From an uncultured Methanosarcinales archaeon (GTDB taxonomy: Archaea; Nanobdellota; Nanobdellia; Woesearchaeales; JAGWAF01): 32,000 nucleotides of DNA. The translations under genes and the position numbers were made by a program. The stretch covers positions 11,966-43,965 of the forward strand of contig CAYPXA010000008.1 of NCBI GenBank assembly GCA_964414985.1, written 5' to 3'. The notes beneath the pieces are model-generated. The model did no database searches, was not told the DNA's origin, and saw nothing but the letters and a program-made list of their open reading frames with translations. The number at the start of each line of letters is the position of its first letter. Within the stretch, counting starts at the first letter, position 1. This document shows, piece by piece, positions 31,959-32,000 of this stretch.

Positions 31959-32000
31959 ATCTTATTTTTTAAAATATTTAAAATAAACCTAAATCAGGAA

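Noticed and set aside
1-32000. CRISPR arrays, rRNA genes, IS transposases or integrases
   Set aside because: I saw no regularly spaced direct repeats of 24 nt or more. I also saw no rRNA-like conserved blocks and no DDE, tyrosine- or serine-recombinase motifs in any long ORF.

Overview
Gene-dense archaeal chromosomal segment. The archaeal call rests on TFB, a family-B DNA polymerase, archaeal-type IleRS and AsnRS, AMP phosphorylase, TATA/BRE-like boxes about 25-35 nt upstream of starts, oligo-T terminators and bulge-helix-bulge tRNA introns. A giant Cys-rich surface protein and many small orphan proteins suggest a DPANN-like episymbiont, but that is inference only. I call 27 CDSs, 4 tRNAs, one repeat family (2 copies) and several promoter, terminator or hairpin elements. 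No rRNA, CRISPR array or recognisable transposase was seen. All calls come from manual reading and motif recognition; no searches were run.

Most notable observations:
1. A 171-nt tRNA-Leu(UAA) gene (12238-12408) appears to carry three BHB-flanked introns (8/9, 37/38, 59/60). It splices in silico to a textbook 86-nt class II tRNA.
2. A translationally coupled operon (7378-10352) encodes a small coiled-coil protein, an ImmA/IrrE-like HEXXH protein and an internally duplicated NTase-HEPN protein. A tandem Fis-type HTH protein is encoded divergently, with a palindromic putative operator between them.
3. A 5'-truncated Cys-rich surface protein of more than 1,616 aa is followed by a 6-TM partner.
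4. A conserved element of about 94-127 nt (85% identity in the core) occurs in two divergent promoter regions, in the same orientation and at the same distance from the downstream start codon.
5. A HemK/Mtq2-like methyltransferase is fused to an atypical kinase-like domain and overlaps a single-domain MGMT gene.
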